DNA from: a bacterium
Lineage (GTDB): Bacteria > JACRDZ01 > JAQUKH01
Assembly: GCA_028719205.1 (NCBI GenBank)
Contig: JAQUKH010000008.1
Span: 62,001 to 86,999 of the forward strand
DNA: 24,999 bases
Reading direction: 5' to 3'
How positions within the stretch are numbered: the stretch's first letter is position 1; the number at the start of each line of letters is the position of its first letter. Below are positions 15,773 to 24,999 of this stretch, piece by piece. The notes beneath the pieces are model-generated. The model was not told the DNA's origin. It did no database searches and worked only from the letters and a program-made list of their open reading frames with translations. The position numbers and the translations under genes are program-made.

Positions 15773-16454
15773 TAAAATCTCCTTTCCATCCGTTATCTCC
15801 GATTAATGGTACAAAAACACAGCCGCATATTCCTTCCTGTATCATTTGTCCTTTACTGTCTTTTGTTATCCTTGTAAGGACCTGTGAAAACCGCGCACCA
15901 ACAGGGACAAGCATACATCCATTTTCACCCAGCTGGTTAAAAAGCCCGACAGGCGCATCGGGCGAGGCCGCTGTAATTATGATCCTGTCAAAAGGGGCAA
16001 ATTCAGCCCAGCCAAGACTGCCGTCACCGGTTTTATAGAAAATATTTTCTAACCCTAATTTCGCGTGAACCGTTTTCGCGTTGAGGGCTAAACCTCCGAA
16101 TCTCTCAACCGTGTAAACTTCTTTAGCCAGCTTCGAGAGTATCGCTGTCTGATAACCCGAACCTGTACCGATCTCCAATACCTTTTCTCTGCCCGAAAGA
16201 TCCAATTTTTCCGTCATCAAAGCCACGATATAAGGTTGGGATATAGTCTGCTCTTCTCCTATCGGCAACGGATGATCCGCATAGGCGGACGGCCAATATT
16301 TTTTATCCACAAACAAATGGCGCGGTATTTCCTCCATTACTTCAAGAATTCTTTTGTCACTTATACCGCGCGGTTTAATTTGTGTTTCGACCATGAACCT
16401 GCGATTTAACGCAAAATCATCCCGCGTCAATTTATTTTTATCTTCTCCATCCAT
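15765..16454 (-). CDS. pcm: Protein-L-isoaspartate O-methyltransferase
   Basis: PRHLFV, QTISQPYIVA, VLEIGTGSGYQTA, GDGSLGW..APFDRII, FVPLIG; follows surE. Confidence 0.96.
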   Translation of the reverse strand: MDGEDKNKLTRDDFALNRRFMVETQIKPRGISDKRILEVMEEIPRHLFVDKKYWPSAYADHPLPIGEEQTISQPYIVALMTEKLDLSGREKVLEIGTGSGYQTAILSKLAKEVYTVERFGGLALNAKTVHAKLGLENIFYKTGDGSLGWAEFAPFDRIIITAASPDAPVGLFNQLGENGCMLVPVGARFSQVLTRITKDSKGQMIQEGICGCVFVPLIGDNGWKGDFNA

Positions 16455-17191
16455 GAAACCTGCCTGATCTCATTATAATTGGTCATATTAAGCTGTAACG
16501 GGCTGATAGAAACATACCCCTCTCTTATCGCCTGGAAATCACTTCCATTATCATATTCGCCATAGGGTTCTTTGCTTTCTATCCAGCAATATTTCTTACC
16601 GTCCCTGCCGGTCTCTTCCCTGACATAATCCTGATAAATACGGTCTCCCTGATGAGTTATTTTTAATCCTTTTATTTTATCCGGATGAATATTCGGAATA
16701 TTAACGTTCAAAAATGTATTAATAGGTAATTTTTTATTTAAAACACTTTTCACTATAGAAGCGGAAATTAACGCGGATGCCTCAAAGTTATGATCCTTAT
16801 AAGATGCCAATGAAAACGCTATTGAATTTATCCCGAATAATGTTCCTTCCATCGCGGCGGAAACTGTGCCTGAATAAGTAACATCATCTCCCAGATTCGG
16901 GCCATTGTTGATCCCCGAAACCACTATGGAAGGCGAGGATGGCAATATATTTTTTATCGCGAGCAAAACACAATCAGTCGGGGTTCCCGCCACCTGATAA
17001 CTTCTTACTCCTGTTTTTTCCACCTTTATGGGTTTACGAAGACTGAGTGAATGAGATACTCCGCTCTGTTCACTGTCCGGAGCGACAACATAAACTATTC
17101 CAAGATCTTTCAGCGCCTCTGCCAGGGACCTGATACCTTCTGAATTTATGCCATCATCATTAGTAACTAAAATAATCTTCTTTTTCATCAC
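16427..17191 (-). CDS. surE: 5'/3'-nucleotidase SurE
   Basis: ILVTNDDGI, APDSEQSG, GTPTDCV, SGINNGPNLG, YSGTVSAA. Confidence 0.97.
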   Translation of the reverse strand: MMKKKIILVTNDDGINSEGIRSLAEALKDLGIVYVVAPDSEQSGVSHSLSLRKPIKVEKTGVRSYQVAGTPTDCVLLAIKNILPSSPSIVVSGINNGPNLGDDVTYSGTVSAAMEGTLFGINSIAFSLASYKDHNFEASALISASIVKSVLNKKLPINTFLNVNIPNIHPDKIKGLKITHQGDRIYQDYVREETGRDGKKYCWIESKEPYGEYDNGSDFQAIREGYVSISPLQLNMTNYNEIRQVSWMEKIKIN

Positions 17192-17547
17192 GCTCCCAGC
17201 AGTTCATTCAATTCTTCCAGCTCTTTTTTAAGTTTTATTAAAAACTTTTTATATTCGCCGTCAGAAATCGAGAAAAGATCTTTCTGGCTTTCAATATTCT
17301 TTTTGTTATCCTTAAATTTCTTTTTTGCCCCGGCAATAGTATATCCCTGATCATAAAGTAATTCTTTTATCTCTAAAATAGCTTCCAGGTCTTTTTCCTT
17401 AAATATCCTCTGGCCATTTTTACCTTTCACGGGATGAAGAAGGTCAAATTCTGATTCCCAATAACGCAAAACATAAGGTTCGATCTGGGTTAACTTGCTT
17501 ATTTCTCCAATGGTATAAAAAAGTTTATTTTCATTATTCTCTGCCAT
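17188..17547 (-). CDS. MerR-family HTH transcriptional regulator (Cys-less, housekeeping type)
   Basis: YTIGEISKL..PYVLRYWESEF..P.K..GQR..IKELLYDQGYTIAGAK. Confidence 0.88.
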   Translation of the reverse strand: MAENNENKLFYTIGEISKLTQIEPYVLRYWESEFDLLHPVKGKNGQRIFKEKDLEAILEIKELLYDQGYTIAGAKKKFKDNKKNIESQKDLFSISDGEYKKFLIKLKKELEELNELLGA

Positions 17548-17548
17548 G

Positions 17549-18574
17549 TCATCCTCCTATTTCACTTTTTTGCTTTCTTTTTAATAGGTTATTAACAGCA
17601 TCAAATGGAGATTGATTTTCAAAAAGCACCTTATAAACCTCAGTGGTGATCGGCATATCAATTTTATTTTTTTGCGACAGGTCAAACGCGGATTTCGCGG
17701 TCTTTACTCCTTCCGCTATCATGATCATCTTATCGAGGGCCTGTGATAAAGTATTTCCCTGGCCGATCAATTCTCCTAATCTTCTATTTCTGCTATGCCT
17801 GCTTGTACAGGTAACAACAAGGTCTCCCAACCCCGAAAGCCCCATAAATGTGTAAGGGGCCGCGCCCCGCGCGGCCATAAAACGCGATATCTCCGCCAAA
17901 CCGCGGGTAATGATCCCCGCTCTTGTGTTATCTCCATAACCCAGCCCATCGCTTATTCCGCAAGCTATCGCGATAATATTTTTCAGAGCGGCTCCCAGTT
18001 CCACGCCGATCTGATCAGGATTCGTATAGATCCGGAAGTAATCATTACCGAAAACCTGCTGAATATTTTCAAGGATATACTTATCTTCACCCGCGATAAC
18101 TACCGCGGTCGGGAATTTCAGGCTTACTTCTTCCGCGTGGCTCGGGCCTGAAAGCGTAATAATTTTCCTGCCATATCCTTCGCCCAGACAATCTTTCACT
18201 ACCTCTGACATTCTGAAAAAAGTATCATTTTCCAGCCCCTTGCTTAAAATTACAAAGGCATAGGGATCTATTTTCATACGGGCGATCTTTTGCATATGAG
18301 ACCTTATTGTATGAGACGGCAGAACTACTAATACTATTTCAGAATTTTTCATCGCCTCGTCCAAATTATCTGTAATTTGAACGCTTTGCGGAATTTTTAT
18401 TCCGGGCAGATACTTCTTATTTTCTCTGTCTTTTTGCAGTAAAAGCACATTCTCGCGTAAATATTCCCAGAGAGTCACCGGCAGGCCTTTCTCCGCGAGC
18501 AAAACCGCCATAGCTGTTCCCCAGCTGCCTCCTCCTAATACTGTGATCTTAGAGATCTTTTCCGGAAATTTCAT
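17549..18574 (-). CDS. gpsA: NAD(P)H-dependent glycerol-3-phosphate dehydrogenase
   Basis: GGGSWGTA, SGPSHAEEV, GAALKNIIAIACG, GLGDLVVTCTSRHSRN. Confidence 0.97.
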   Translation of the reverse strand: MKFPEKISKITVLGGGSWGTAMAVLLAEKGLPVTLWEYLRENVLLLQKDRENKKYLPGIKIPQSVQITDNLDEAMKNSEIVLVVLPSHTIRSHMQKIARMKIDPYAFVILSKGLENDTFFRMSEVVKDCLGEGYGRKIITLSGPSHAEEVSLKFPTAVVIAGEDKYILENIQQVFGNDYFRIYTNPDQIGVELGAALKNIIAIACGISDGLGYGDNTRAGIITRGLAEISRFMAARGAAPYTFMGLSGLGDLVVTCTSRHSRNRRLGELIGQGNTLSQALDKMIMIAEGVKTAKSAFDLSQKNKIDMPITTEVYKVLFENQSPFDAVNNLLKRKQKSEIGG

Positions 18575-19188
18575 AAATTTATCTTTGCTCCGATTTTATT
18601 TTCTGTTCCTGACATCAGCCTCTTAATATTTCCCATATGTTTATAAATAATAATTATTGACATAACCAGCGTAAAAACCAGAAGCGCGCCTTTATCTTTT
18701 TCCACGAAAAAAACAAAAACAGGCAAAAGCAAAGACGCCGCGACAGATCCCAATGATATATATCGAAATAACGCCACAACAATTATCCAGATGATAAAAA
18801 CAATTAATGTACTTTTAGGTATCAAACCAACCATTACCCCAAAACTAGCCGCGACACCTTTTCCGCCTTTAAAATTTAAAAATACCGTCCAGATATGGCC
18901 AAAAACACTTAAAAGTCCGCTTAAAATTTTTATGATTAGAACATTTTCCTGATCTTTAAAAAAATACCCGGCCAGCAAAACAGGCGCCAGGCCTTTGCTG
19001 AAATCCAAAACAAAAACAGCTATACCGGGAACCTTTCCCAAAACCCGCGACACATTTGACGCGCCGGTATTTTTACTCCCGTATTCCCTGATATCAATCC
19101 CTTTTAAGATCCTGCCGGCAAGATAAGCAAATGGAATTGAACCCAGAAGATAGCTGAAAACTAAAAATAAAATAACTTTTATAATCAT
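18571..19188 (-). CDS. plsY: Glycerol-3-phosphate acyltransferase PlsY
   Basis: YLLGSIP, DIREYGSKNTGASN, GH..FKGGKGVA, HMGNIKRL..GTE. Confidence 0.96.
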   Translation of the reverse strand: MIIKVILFLVFSYLLGSIPFAYLAGRILKGIDIREYGSKNTGASNVSRVLGKVPGIAVFVLDFSKGLAPVLLAGYFFKDQENVLIIKILSGLLSVFGHIWTVFLNFKGGKGVAASFGVMVGLIPKSTLIVFIIWIIVVALFRYISLGSVAASLLLPVFVFFVEKDKGALLVFTLVMSIIIIYKHMGNIKRLMSGTENKIGAKINL

Positions 19189-19193
19189 TATTA

Positions 19194-20504
19194 CTACTTG
19201 AATTTTACTACCAAAGGACTACCCGAAAAATCAAAATCTTTATAAAGACCCTTTTTAAGGAACCTCAGATAATTAGGCATTAATAAACCTTTAACGGTCA
19301 AAGAAAAAACAGGCGGTTTCACTCCTACCTGAGTTATATATTTTATTTTTACCGGAACACCTTTCATCGCGGGAGGGCTTTTTTCCATTTTCAGGTCCCA
19401 AATGAATTTGTTCAAGTGGTTGGTTGATACTTTCCTTGAATAATTTGTATATACCTGAGGTATTTTCTCTAAAACTCTCTTTACTCCTTCTCCTGTCTTC
19501 GCTGAAGTGAAAAAAACAGGGGCAAAGGCCAAAGCAGGAAATCTCTCTCCGATAAATTTCATGTAATCTTTAAATTCACGGGAATCCCTGTCGATCATAT
19601 CCCATTTATTAACCACGAAAATACATGCCTTATTGGCCTGGATGATAAGATCCGCGATCTTCATATCCTGCATGCCGACGCCTTCCACCGCGTCGATAAG
19701 AAGGATCGCTATATCACACCTGCTGATACTTTTTATCGTCTGCCATACCATTATTTTTTCAAGTTCATTTAATACTTTTGTTTTTTTCCTTAATCCCGCG
19801 GTATCGATCAAAACAAATTTTTTATTTTTATAATCAAAAACAGTGTCAATCGAATCCCTGGTTGTTCCGGGAACAGAATCTACTATTACCCTGTTCTCTC
19901 CCAAAATGTTATTTACGAGAGACGACTTGCCGACATTAGGCTTTCCTACGATCGCGATCTTTATTGAATTATCTTTCAATTCAGATGATCCTGAACCGGC
20001 TTTTTTGGCAGGCGGGCATAAACGCACTATATCATCCAAAAGGTCCGAGATATTTCTTCCATGCGCGCAGGATACATGATAGATCTTCTCCCAGCCCAAT
20101 GCATAAAACGCGTATATCATCTGCTCTTGTTCTCTGTTATCAATCTTATTTACTACAACAAGAACAGGTTTATTCTCCTTTCTTAAATAATTAGCTAAAG
20201 ACCTGTCAAGCGGAGTAACTCCATCCCTTCCGTCAACCACAAAAATAACCAGATCGGCCTCTTTGACCGCGATCTTTGCCTGATTAATAATTTCATTTTT
20301 TGTTTCTTCAATCTCCCCCTCCATACCGCCGGTATCAACTATTATAAACTTTTTTCCGTTCCATTCAGTTTCAGCGTATTTACGATCCCTTGTAACACCG
20401 GGTTCAGGAAATGCTAACGCCTCCTGACGGCCAAGAATTTTATTAAAAAGGCTGGATTTCCCGACATTCGGCCTTCCGACAATCGCAATTATAGGCATGT
20501 TCAT
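19194..20504 (-). CDS. der: Ribosome biogenesis GTPase Der (EngA)
   Basis: Two G domains: GRPNVGKS/DTGG/NKID and GKPNVGKS/DTAG/NKWD, plus KH-like C-terminus. Confidence 0.97.
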   Translation of the reverse strand: MNMPIIAIVGRPNVGKSSLFNKILGRQEALAFPEPGVTRDRKYAETEWNGKKFIIVDTGGMEGEIEETKNEIINQAKIAVKEADLVIFVVDGRDGVTPLDRSLANYLRKENKPVLVVVNKIDNREQEQMIYAFYALGWEKIYHVSCAHGRNISDLLDDIVRLCPPAKKAGSGSSELKDNSIKIAIVGKPNVGKSSLVNNILGENRVIVDSVPGTTRDSIDTVFDYKNKKFVLIDTAGLRKKTKVLNELEKIMVWQTIKSISRCDIAILLIDAVEGVGMQDMKIADLIIQANKACIFVVNKWDMIDRDSREFKDYMKFIGERFPALAFAPVFFTSAKTGEGVKRVLEKIPQVYTNYSRKVSTNHLNKFIWDLKMEKSPPAMKGVPVKIKYITQVGVKPPVFSLTVKGLLMPNYLRFLKKGLYKDFDFSGSPLVVKFK

Positions 20505-21040
20505 AATTTAGCCTTTTCTCCTACGTTTATGGTTGATGAAATAATGTAATCAAGGCCTGAGATAGTGGTTACTATTGCGGTCGCAAACCATAGATATCTG
20601 GCAAAGGGATTTCTCACAAGGACAAAAAATATAGTCACCATCTGGATAAAGGTTGTTATCTTGCTTAAGATCCTGGGTTTGATCTCAATATCATCTAAGA
20701 TCAGATAAATGATTATACACCCGAAAAGAATTATTACATCGCGGGTAATGACCACAATTGCCACCCACACAGGGATCAATTTAACAACAACCAGCATCAC
20801 AAAAGCAGAAATCAGAAGCATTTTATCGGCAACCGGATCCAAAAAACGGCCCAGTTCTGTTTCCTGATTGAAAACCTTTGCTACAAAACCATCCAGGAAA
20901 TCAGATAAACTGGCAACGCTGAATAAAACAACCGCAAAAATCCTGTAAGTGTCATTACCGCCTATATAATTAACCAAACTGATAATAAAACCCGGTATTA
21001 TCAGTATACGGATAATTGTAATGGTATTAGCCCAATTCAT
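20501..21040 (-). CDS. pgsA: CDP-alcohol phosphatidyltransferase (PgsA-like)
   Basis: ANTITIIR, SDFLDGFVAK..LGRFLDPVADK signature. Confidence 0.85.
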   Translation of the reverse strand: MNWANTITIIRILIIPGFIISLVNYIGGNDTYRIFAVVLFSVASLSDFLDGFVAKVFNQETELGRFLDPVADKMLLISAFVMLVVVKLIPVWVAIVVITRDVIILFGCIIIYLILDDIEIKPRILSKITTFIQMVTIFFVLVRNPFARYLWFATAIVTTISGLDYIISSTINVGEKAKL

Positions 21041-21106
21041 AAATTGCTCTCAAAATAAATCTAATATTTAGAATAATTTAACCTGAATTACTTAATATGG
21101 TTTCTA

Positions 21107-21135
21107 ATTATAATCTATTAGCTTTATCTTGTCAA
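21107..21135 (-). promoter_or_regulatory. Consensus sigma70 promoter for the pgsA-der-plsY-gpsA operon
   Basis: Perfect TTGACA-N17-TATAAT on the minus strand. Confidence 0.7.
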
Positions 21136-21147
21136 TATACTTGGGCC

Positions 21148-22104
21148 TTACTTAATTTGCCTGACGATATCTCCGGCTTTAATATCTGTTCCTGAATCGA
21201 TACTGGCCTCAGAAAGGTCCTTATTCTGATGGTTGGTAATGGTGATCTCCCCAACCTTTGATTCACGCACACCAATCACTTTTCCAGTATCGGGATCTTT
21301 TATTTCCATCCCTGTCCTGAAAACAGCAAGTTTCGCGCCAACAGGGAGATTTGATTTTGTCCCCGCCCTGAAGAGAACAACATTATTATCCACTAAAGAA
21401 ACCTTGCTCTGGAACGGCTCACTGGAAAGCTTATTCAACATTTTTTCCAATGCCTTGCCTAAAGCATCGCGTAACGCGCCGTCGCGCAAATTTGTATCAT
21501 AGCTTGCTTTTGAGCCAAGGCCTAAAACCTTGCCGGTTGATTTTCTGTATTCACCCATACCTGATTCAGCTACCAGACTCCGGCCGCTAGCGACATCAAC
21601 CAGCGCGTAATCCACCGTTACCCTTGCGATCTGAGTTTTACTTGAAGTAAGTAAAAGATCCGACCCTTCTTCAGCTTCCGAATAGGCGGTAATTGCCCCT
21701 GAAACCCTGAAATCTATACTTTCCAATCCTTCACTCGCGTCTTTCTTACCTGTTTTTAGAGCCCCGGACTTCTGTAATTCTATAACTTTGCCCTGATTTT
21801 TTAATTCATCTTCACTTAAAAGCATAGCTTTTAACCCGGCGCTTTCGATCTGGGTCCTTAAAATCGATGTAGCTGCCTCGCCTATTGCTAAAACTTTTGA
21901 CGGTGTTTTATTTTCAAACGTAATAATACCTATCATATATTGCGGGCCTGTATATTTCTGTCCCGCTTCCTCAATTCTTTTAGTTTGGCCTGTAACTGAA
22001 ACATCATCTTTTACCTTACCGGAAGTAGACGCGCAGCCATTTATAATAAATACCAATTGACAGAATAACAAGAAACCAGCCATAAATCTAATTTTCTTTT
22101 GCAT
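21148..22104 (-). CDS. CsgG/HfaB-like lipoprotein with FlgT C-terminal-like domain
   Basis: Lipobox IING-C; IGIITFENKT, SGAITAYS, VDYALVDVASG; C-terminal EIKDPDTGKVIG..IKAGDIV. Confidence 0.7.
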   Translation of the reverse strand: MQKKIRFMAGFLLFCQLVFIINGCASTSGKVKDDVSVTGQTKRIEEAGQKYTGPQYMIGIITFENKTPSKVLAIGEAATSILRTQIESAGLKAMLLSEDELKNQGKVIELQKSGALKTGKKDASEGLESIDFRVSGAITAYSEAEEGSDLLLTSSKTQIARVTVDYALVDVASGRSLVAESGMGEYRKSTGKVLGLGSKASYDTNLRDGALRDALGKALEKMLNKLSSEPFQSKVSLVDNNVVLFRAGTKSNLPVGAKLAVFRTGMEIKDPDTGKVIGVRESKVGEITITNHQNKDLSEASIDSGTDIKAGDIVRQIK

Positions 22105-22134
22105 TTGCTTTCCTCCTTAAATTTAACCCCCGGA

Positions 22135-22764
22135 TTATCTTTCAGGTAAAGGCCCGGGTGGAAATGTTGAATAAAACTTATATATTAATTCATTTGTCTC
22201 ATCCTGCAAAGGAGAAACCCTGACTATCTTTGAAAACATCTTGGATTCCAGATTTCCTTTAAAAGCCTCTAAAGCGTTTTTGCTGGTAAACGAGACCTCA
22301 GACCTTTGGACCTTTTCTTCTCTTTCCCAAACTGTATTCCCGGTTTTTGTAGAAACCAGTTTAAATTTCGCCCTGACGATTTTAGAATTATAAAATCCGG
22401 TTATTGTGTAATTAAAATCCAGTAATTCTCCGAAAACTACCCCGTCCACACCCAGTTCCTCGCCTAATTTCTGCGCGTTCGTAAGGCTGAGCTGTCCGCC
22501 CAATGTTATTCCCATTCTGTCACGAAGTATTTCATCGATCTGCGGAATGCCCATTACTTCATAATACCTGTTCTTGACAAGCTTATTAAATCCTTTTCTA
22601 ACCAGCTCAGGGCCGTCCATATCAGAAGTATTATTTACCATAGGAAGCACGGCTACTGTCCTGATCGGATTTGTCGGGTCATTTCTTGGCACATGTGCGC
22701 AGCTAAGCCCTATAATAATGACCGCGAATAATATATATTTACTTTTATGAAATATTTTCTTCAT
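22135..22764 (-). CDS. DUF799/GNA1162-like lipoprotein
   Basis: Lipobox GLS-C; TVAVLPMVNNT, KLGEELGVDGVVFGEL, KLVSTKTGNTVW. Confidence 0.7.
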   Translation of the reverse strand: MKKIFHKSKYILFAVIIIGLSCAHVPRNDPTNPIRTVAVLPMVNNTSDMDGPELVRKGFNKLVKNRYYEVMGIPQIDEILRDRMGITLGGQLSLTNAQKLGEELGVDGVVFGELLDFNYTITGFYNSKIVRAKFKLVSTKTGNTVWEREEKVQRSEVSFTSKNALEAFKGNLESKMFSKIVRVSPLQDETNELIYKFYSTFPPGPLPER

Positions 22765-22788
22765 AAAACTCCTTGTTCTTTAACGGTA

Positions 22789-23328
22789 TTATATCAGACT
22801 TAACAAACATCCGCAATATTTCTGGAAATAAAACACCTTATCTTTTGCCATTTTTCTTCCTTCGCGGAAAAAAGGCCTGAAATCTTTATAATAAAATTCA
22901 AGTCCGCACTCTTTCGCGATTGCCTCCCCAAGTTCTCTGATCTTATCATGATCCTGATACGGGCTTATTAAAAGTGTAGTTGAAAAATATCTGTAACCTT
23001 CTCTTTTCGCGCTGAGCGCGGTCTCTTTTAATCTCCATTCATAACAAATATGGCAGCGGCTGTTTTTAGCTTTTTTCCAATGTTCTTTGTTCTCGCCGAT
23101 CCTGTTTAAAAATTCCTTTTCCGTACCCCTATTTTCAAAGTCAACGGAAAAATTATTTTCCATAATAAATTTCTTTAAGCAATCAGTTCTTTTGTTATAT
23201 TCCGCCTCGGGATGGATATTCGGATTAAAAAAATATCCTTTCCATTGAATATTTTCTTTTTTAAAATATTCGCAAAAATAGATCAGACAAGGAGCACAGC
23301 AGATATGAAGATATATTTTTGATTCCAT
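22789..23328 (-). CDS. queH: Epoxyqueuosine reductase QueH
   Basis: LHICCAPC, NPNIHP..EY, RCHICYEWRL, FSTTLLISP, QKYCGC. Confidence 0.93.
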   Translation of the reverse strand: MESKIYLHICCAPCLIYFCEYFKKENIQWKGYFFNPNIHPEAEYNKRTDCLKKFIMENNFSVDFENRGTEKEFLNRIGENKEHWKKAKNSRCHICYEWRLKETALSAKREGYRYFSTTLLISPYQDHDKIRELGEAIAKECGLEFYYKDFRPFFREGRKMAKDKVFYFQKYCGCLLSLI

Positions 23329-23338
23329 TTGTATCGCC

Positions 23339-24361
23339 CTACAAATCCAGTTTCATCTGTTCTTTTTTTGGTATTTTTCGGCTAAAATGGCGATATGAAA
23401 GCTCTGTCGCCCGCCGGCCGGATGGTGTGCGGTCAATAAAACCTATCTGGATCAAATAAGGCTCGTATACATCTTCAAGCGTATCATTTTCTTCTCCGAC
23501 TGCCACAGCAAGGCTTTCAATGCCGACCGGCCCGCCGCCGAACTTATCAATTATCGTCAAAAGTATTTTTCTGTCCATCGTATCCATTCCTAATTCGTCG
23601 ATCTCAAGCATCTTTAAGGCGCTATCCGCCACCTCCCGGTTTATACATAACACTCCCGCGACCTGCGCGAAATCACGAACGCGTTTCAAAAGGCGAAGCA
23701 CGATCCTGGGTGTCCCGCGCGCCCTTTTAGCCAGCTCCATAGCCCCGCTTTTATCAAGCCGGACTTTAAGGACATCAGCCGCCCTGTTAACGATTTCCAT
23801 TAACTCACTATGTTCATAAAAATCAAGCCGCCCGACGATCCCAAATCTTTCCCTGAGCGGCGAAGTAATTAAACCCGCCCTTGTTGTCGCGCCGATCAAT
23901 GTAAACTTAGGAAGGTCTAATTTTATCGAACGCGCGCTCGGGCCTTTGCCGATAATTATATCCAGTTGGTAATCCTCCATCGCGGGGTATAAGATTTCTT
24001 CTACCGTATGGTTCAAACGATGGATCTCATCTATAAAAAATACATCTCCGTCCTGCAGATTAGTCAGGATCGATGCCAGATCACCCGCGCGCTCTATCAC
24101 AGGCCCGGAGGTAGTTTTAATATTAACACCCATTTCACAGGCAATTATGTGGGCCAGTGTTGTTTTTCCCAATCCCGGCGGCCCATAAAAAAGAACATGG
24201 TCCAACACCTCTTTTCGCGACTTCGCCGCGGAAATAAAAACCTTTAAATTCTCTTTTATTTTATTTTGCCCGATATAATCATTAAGTTTACGCGGCCGGA
24301 TACTTAATTCAGGTTCTTTATCTTCCAAAATTATCTCCGGTGTAATTATTCTTTCATCCAT
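23339..24361 (-). CDS. ruvB: Holliday junction branch migration helicase RuvB
   Basis: [45 protein letters not shown]. Confidence 0.98.
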   Translation of the reverse strand: MDERIITPEIILEDKEPELSIRPRKLNDYIGQNKIKENLKVFISAAKSRKEVLDHVLFYGPPGLGKTTLAHIIACEMGVNIKTTSGPVIERAGDLASILTNLQDGDVFFIDEIHRLNHTVEEILYPAMEDYQLDIIIGKGPSARSIKLDLPKFTLIGATTRAGLITSPLRERFGIVGRLDFYEHSELMEIVNRAADVLKVRLDKSGAMELAKRARGTPRIVLRLLKRVRDFAQVAGVLCINREVADSALKMLEIDELGMDTMDRKILLTIIDKFGGGPVGIESLAVAVGEENDTLEDVYEPYLIQIGFIDRTPSGRRATELSYRHFSRKIPKKEQMKLDL

Positions 24362-24379
24362 AATAGTTCCTTATTTTTT

Positions 24380-24961
24380 CTACTGATAACTCAAACTACC
24401 GCCCAGCCAGGCGGTTCCTGATATATTTGCGTTTCCTAATATATTTGAATTTAGTAAATGACTGCTGGAGGTAAATACAATATTTGTGTTTATATGTACA
24501 CTAAGCGCCTTCAAAATAATTTTAGCTAACAGGCCATCTCCGTTTATTCCGGGAATCACTCCTGTTCTGGAAACACCTATTAGCAATTCACCGTTATTAT
24601 AATTTTTAAAAAACGCAGTGCTCGTGCCGTCATTATTTAAATAAGTGCCTTCTGACGCGGAGACATAATCTATTTTGCTGCTGTCAAAGTTTATCTTAAT
24701 ATCTGCCGCGTACACATCCACACCGCCCTGAACTTTAACTGCCAAAGTTATTTCATCTTTATTTACAGAAACCTTTTCAAGATAAACTGAATTGCCGGCC
24801 GGACTCCCTGAAGGTATAAAAGAAATTACACGCGCTTGAGTGGGATTTGTCGAGCCGTTATTATTATCCACTCCGCTTGCCCCGCCGGAACAGCCGCTTA
24901 AAGCCGCAAGAATAAATATTACAATCACTGAAACTGCTTTTCGTTTCATTTTATCCCTCAT
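24380..24961 (-). CDS. Lipoprotein with cohesin-like domain (copy 2)
   Basis: Lipobox ALSG-C; shares NSVYLEKVS, DEITLAV, DVY, YVSAS, GDG, KAL and WLGGSL with 5806..6360. Start may be 24949. Confidence 0.72.
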   Translation of the reverse strand: MRDKMKRKAVSVIVIFILAALSGCSGGASGVDNNNGSTNPTQARVISFIPSGSPAGNSVYLEKVSVNKDEITLAVKVQGGVDVYAADIKINFDSSKIDYVSASEGTYLNNDGTSTAFFKNYNNGELLIGVSRTGVIPGINGDGLLAKIILKALSVHINTNIVFTSSSHLLNSNILGNANISGTAWLGGSLSYQ

Positions 24962-24999
24962 ATATACTTAAACGCGGTTTTGATCAGATCTTCCGCTTT
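24958..24999 (-). CDS. ruvA: Probable 3' end of RuvA (partial)
   Basis: Minus strand reads KAEDLIKTAFKYI-stop, resembling the RuvA C-terminal helix (EELI+.AL+), upstream of ruvB; only 13 codons visible. Confidence 0.6.
   Translation of the reverse strand, partial: KAEDLIKTAFKYI

Noticed and set aside
17188-17547. MerR-family gene as a mercury-responsive regulator of hgcAB
   Set aside because: It has no cysteines and sits in the gpsA-surE-pcm housekeeping context; metal-sensing MerR proteins need conserved Cys.
401-24247. All plus-strand ORFs in the track, plus minus-strand ORFs 10592..10891 and 13252..13461
   Set aside because: They overlap well-supported genes in antisense or alternative frames and show no recognisable motifs.

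Overview
AT-rich bacterial chromosomal window in which every credible gene lies on the minus strand. Right part (15.1-25 kb) is mostly housekeeping: 3' end of ruvA, a cohesin-like lipoprotein, ruvB, queH, two lipoproteins (DUF799-like, CsgG-like), pgsA-der-plsY-gpsA-merR-like-surE-pcm-COG2426 and tRNA-Pro(CGG). Directly downstream of the tRNA is a mercury-methylation locus: AbrB-like regulator, a 61-aa Cys-rich membrane peptide, hgcA (NVWCAAGK), hgcB (2x[4Fe-4S], three CC pairs), a CMD/AhpD-like protein and small Cys-rich genes, then an FMN reductase, DUF2061-like protein, methyltransferase and an atypical thioredoxin. Left part: recQ, a second cohesin-like lipoprotein paired with a secreted 14-repeat RCC1/dockerin protein, a higBA toxin-antitoxin pair, radC and the 5' part of an alpha-glucan phosphorylase. 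Most notable: (1) an apparent non-cellulosomal lipoprotein-cohesin/dockerin surface display system, with one cohesin paralogue wedged between ruvA and ruvB; (2) the hgcAB operon with Cys-rich accessory genes and a repeat-laden promoter; (3) two copies of a modular palindromic element with identical internal-loop sequences but different apical arms, one directly upstream of hgcA. All family calls come from motif recognition by eye; no database search was run.
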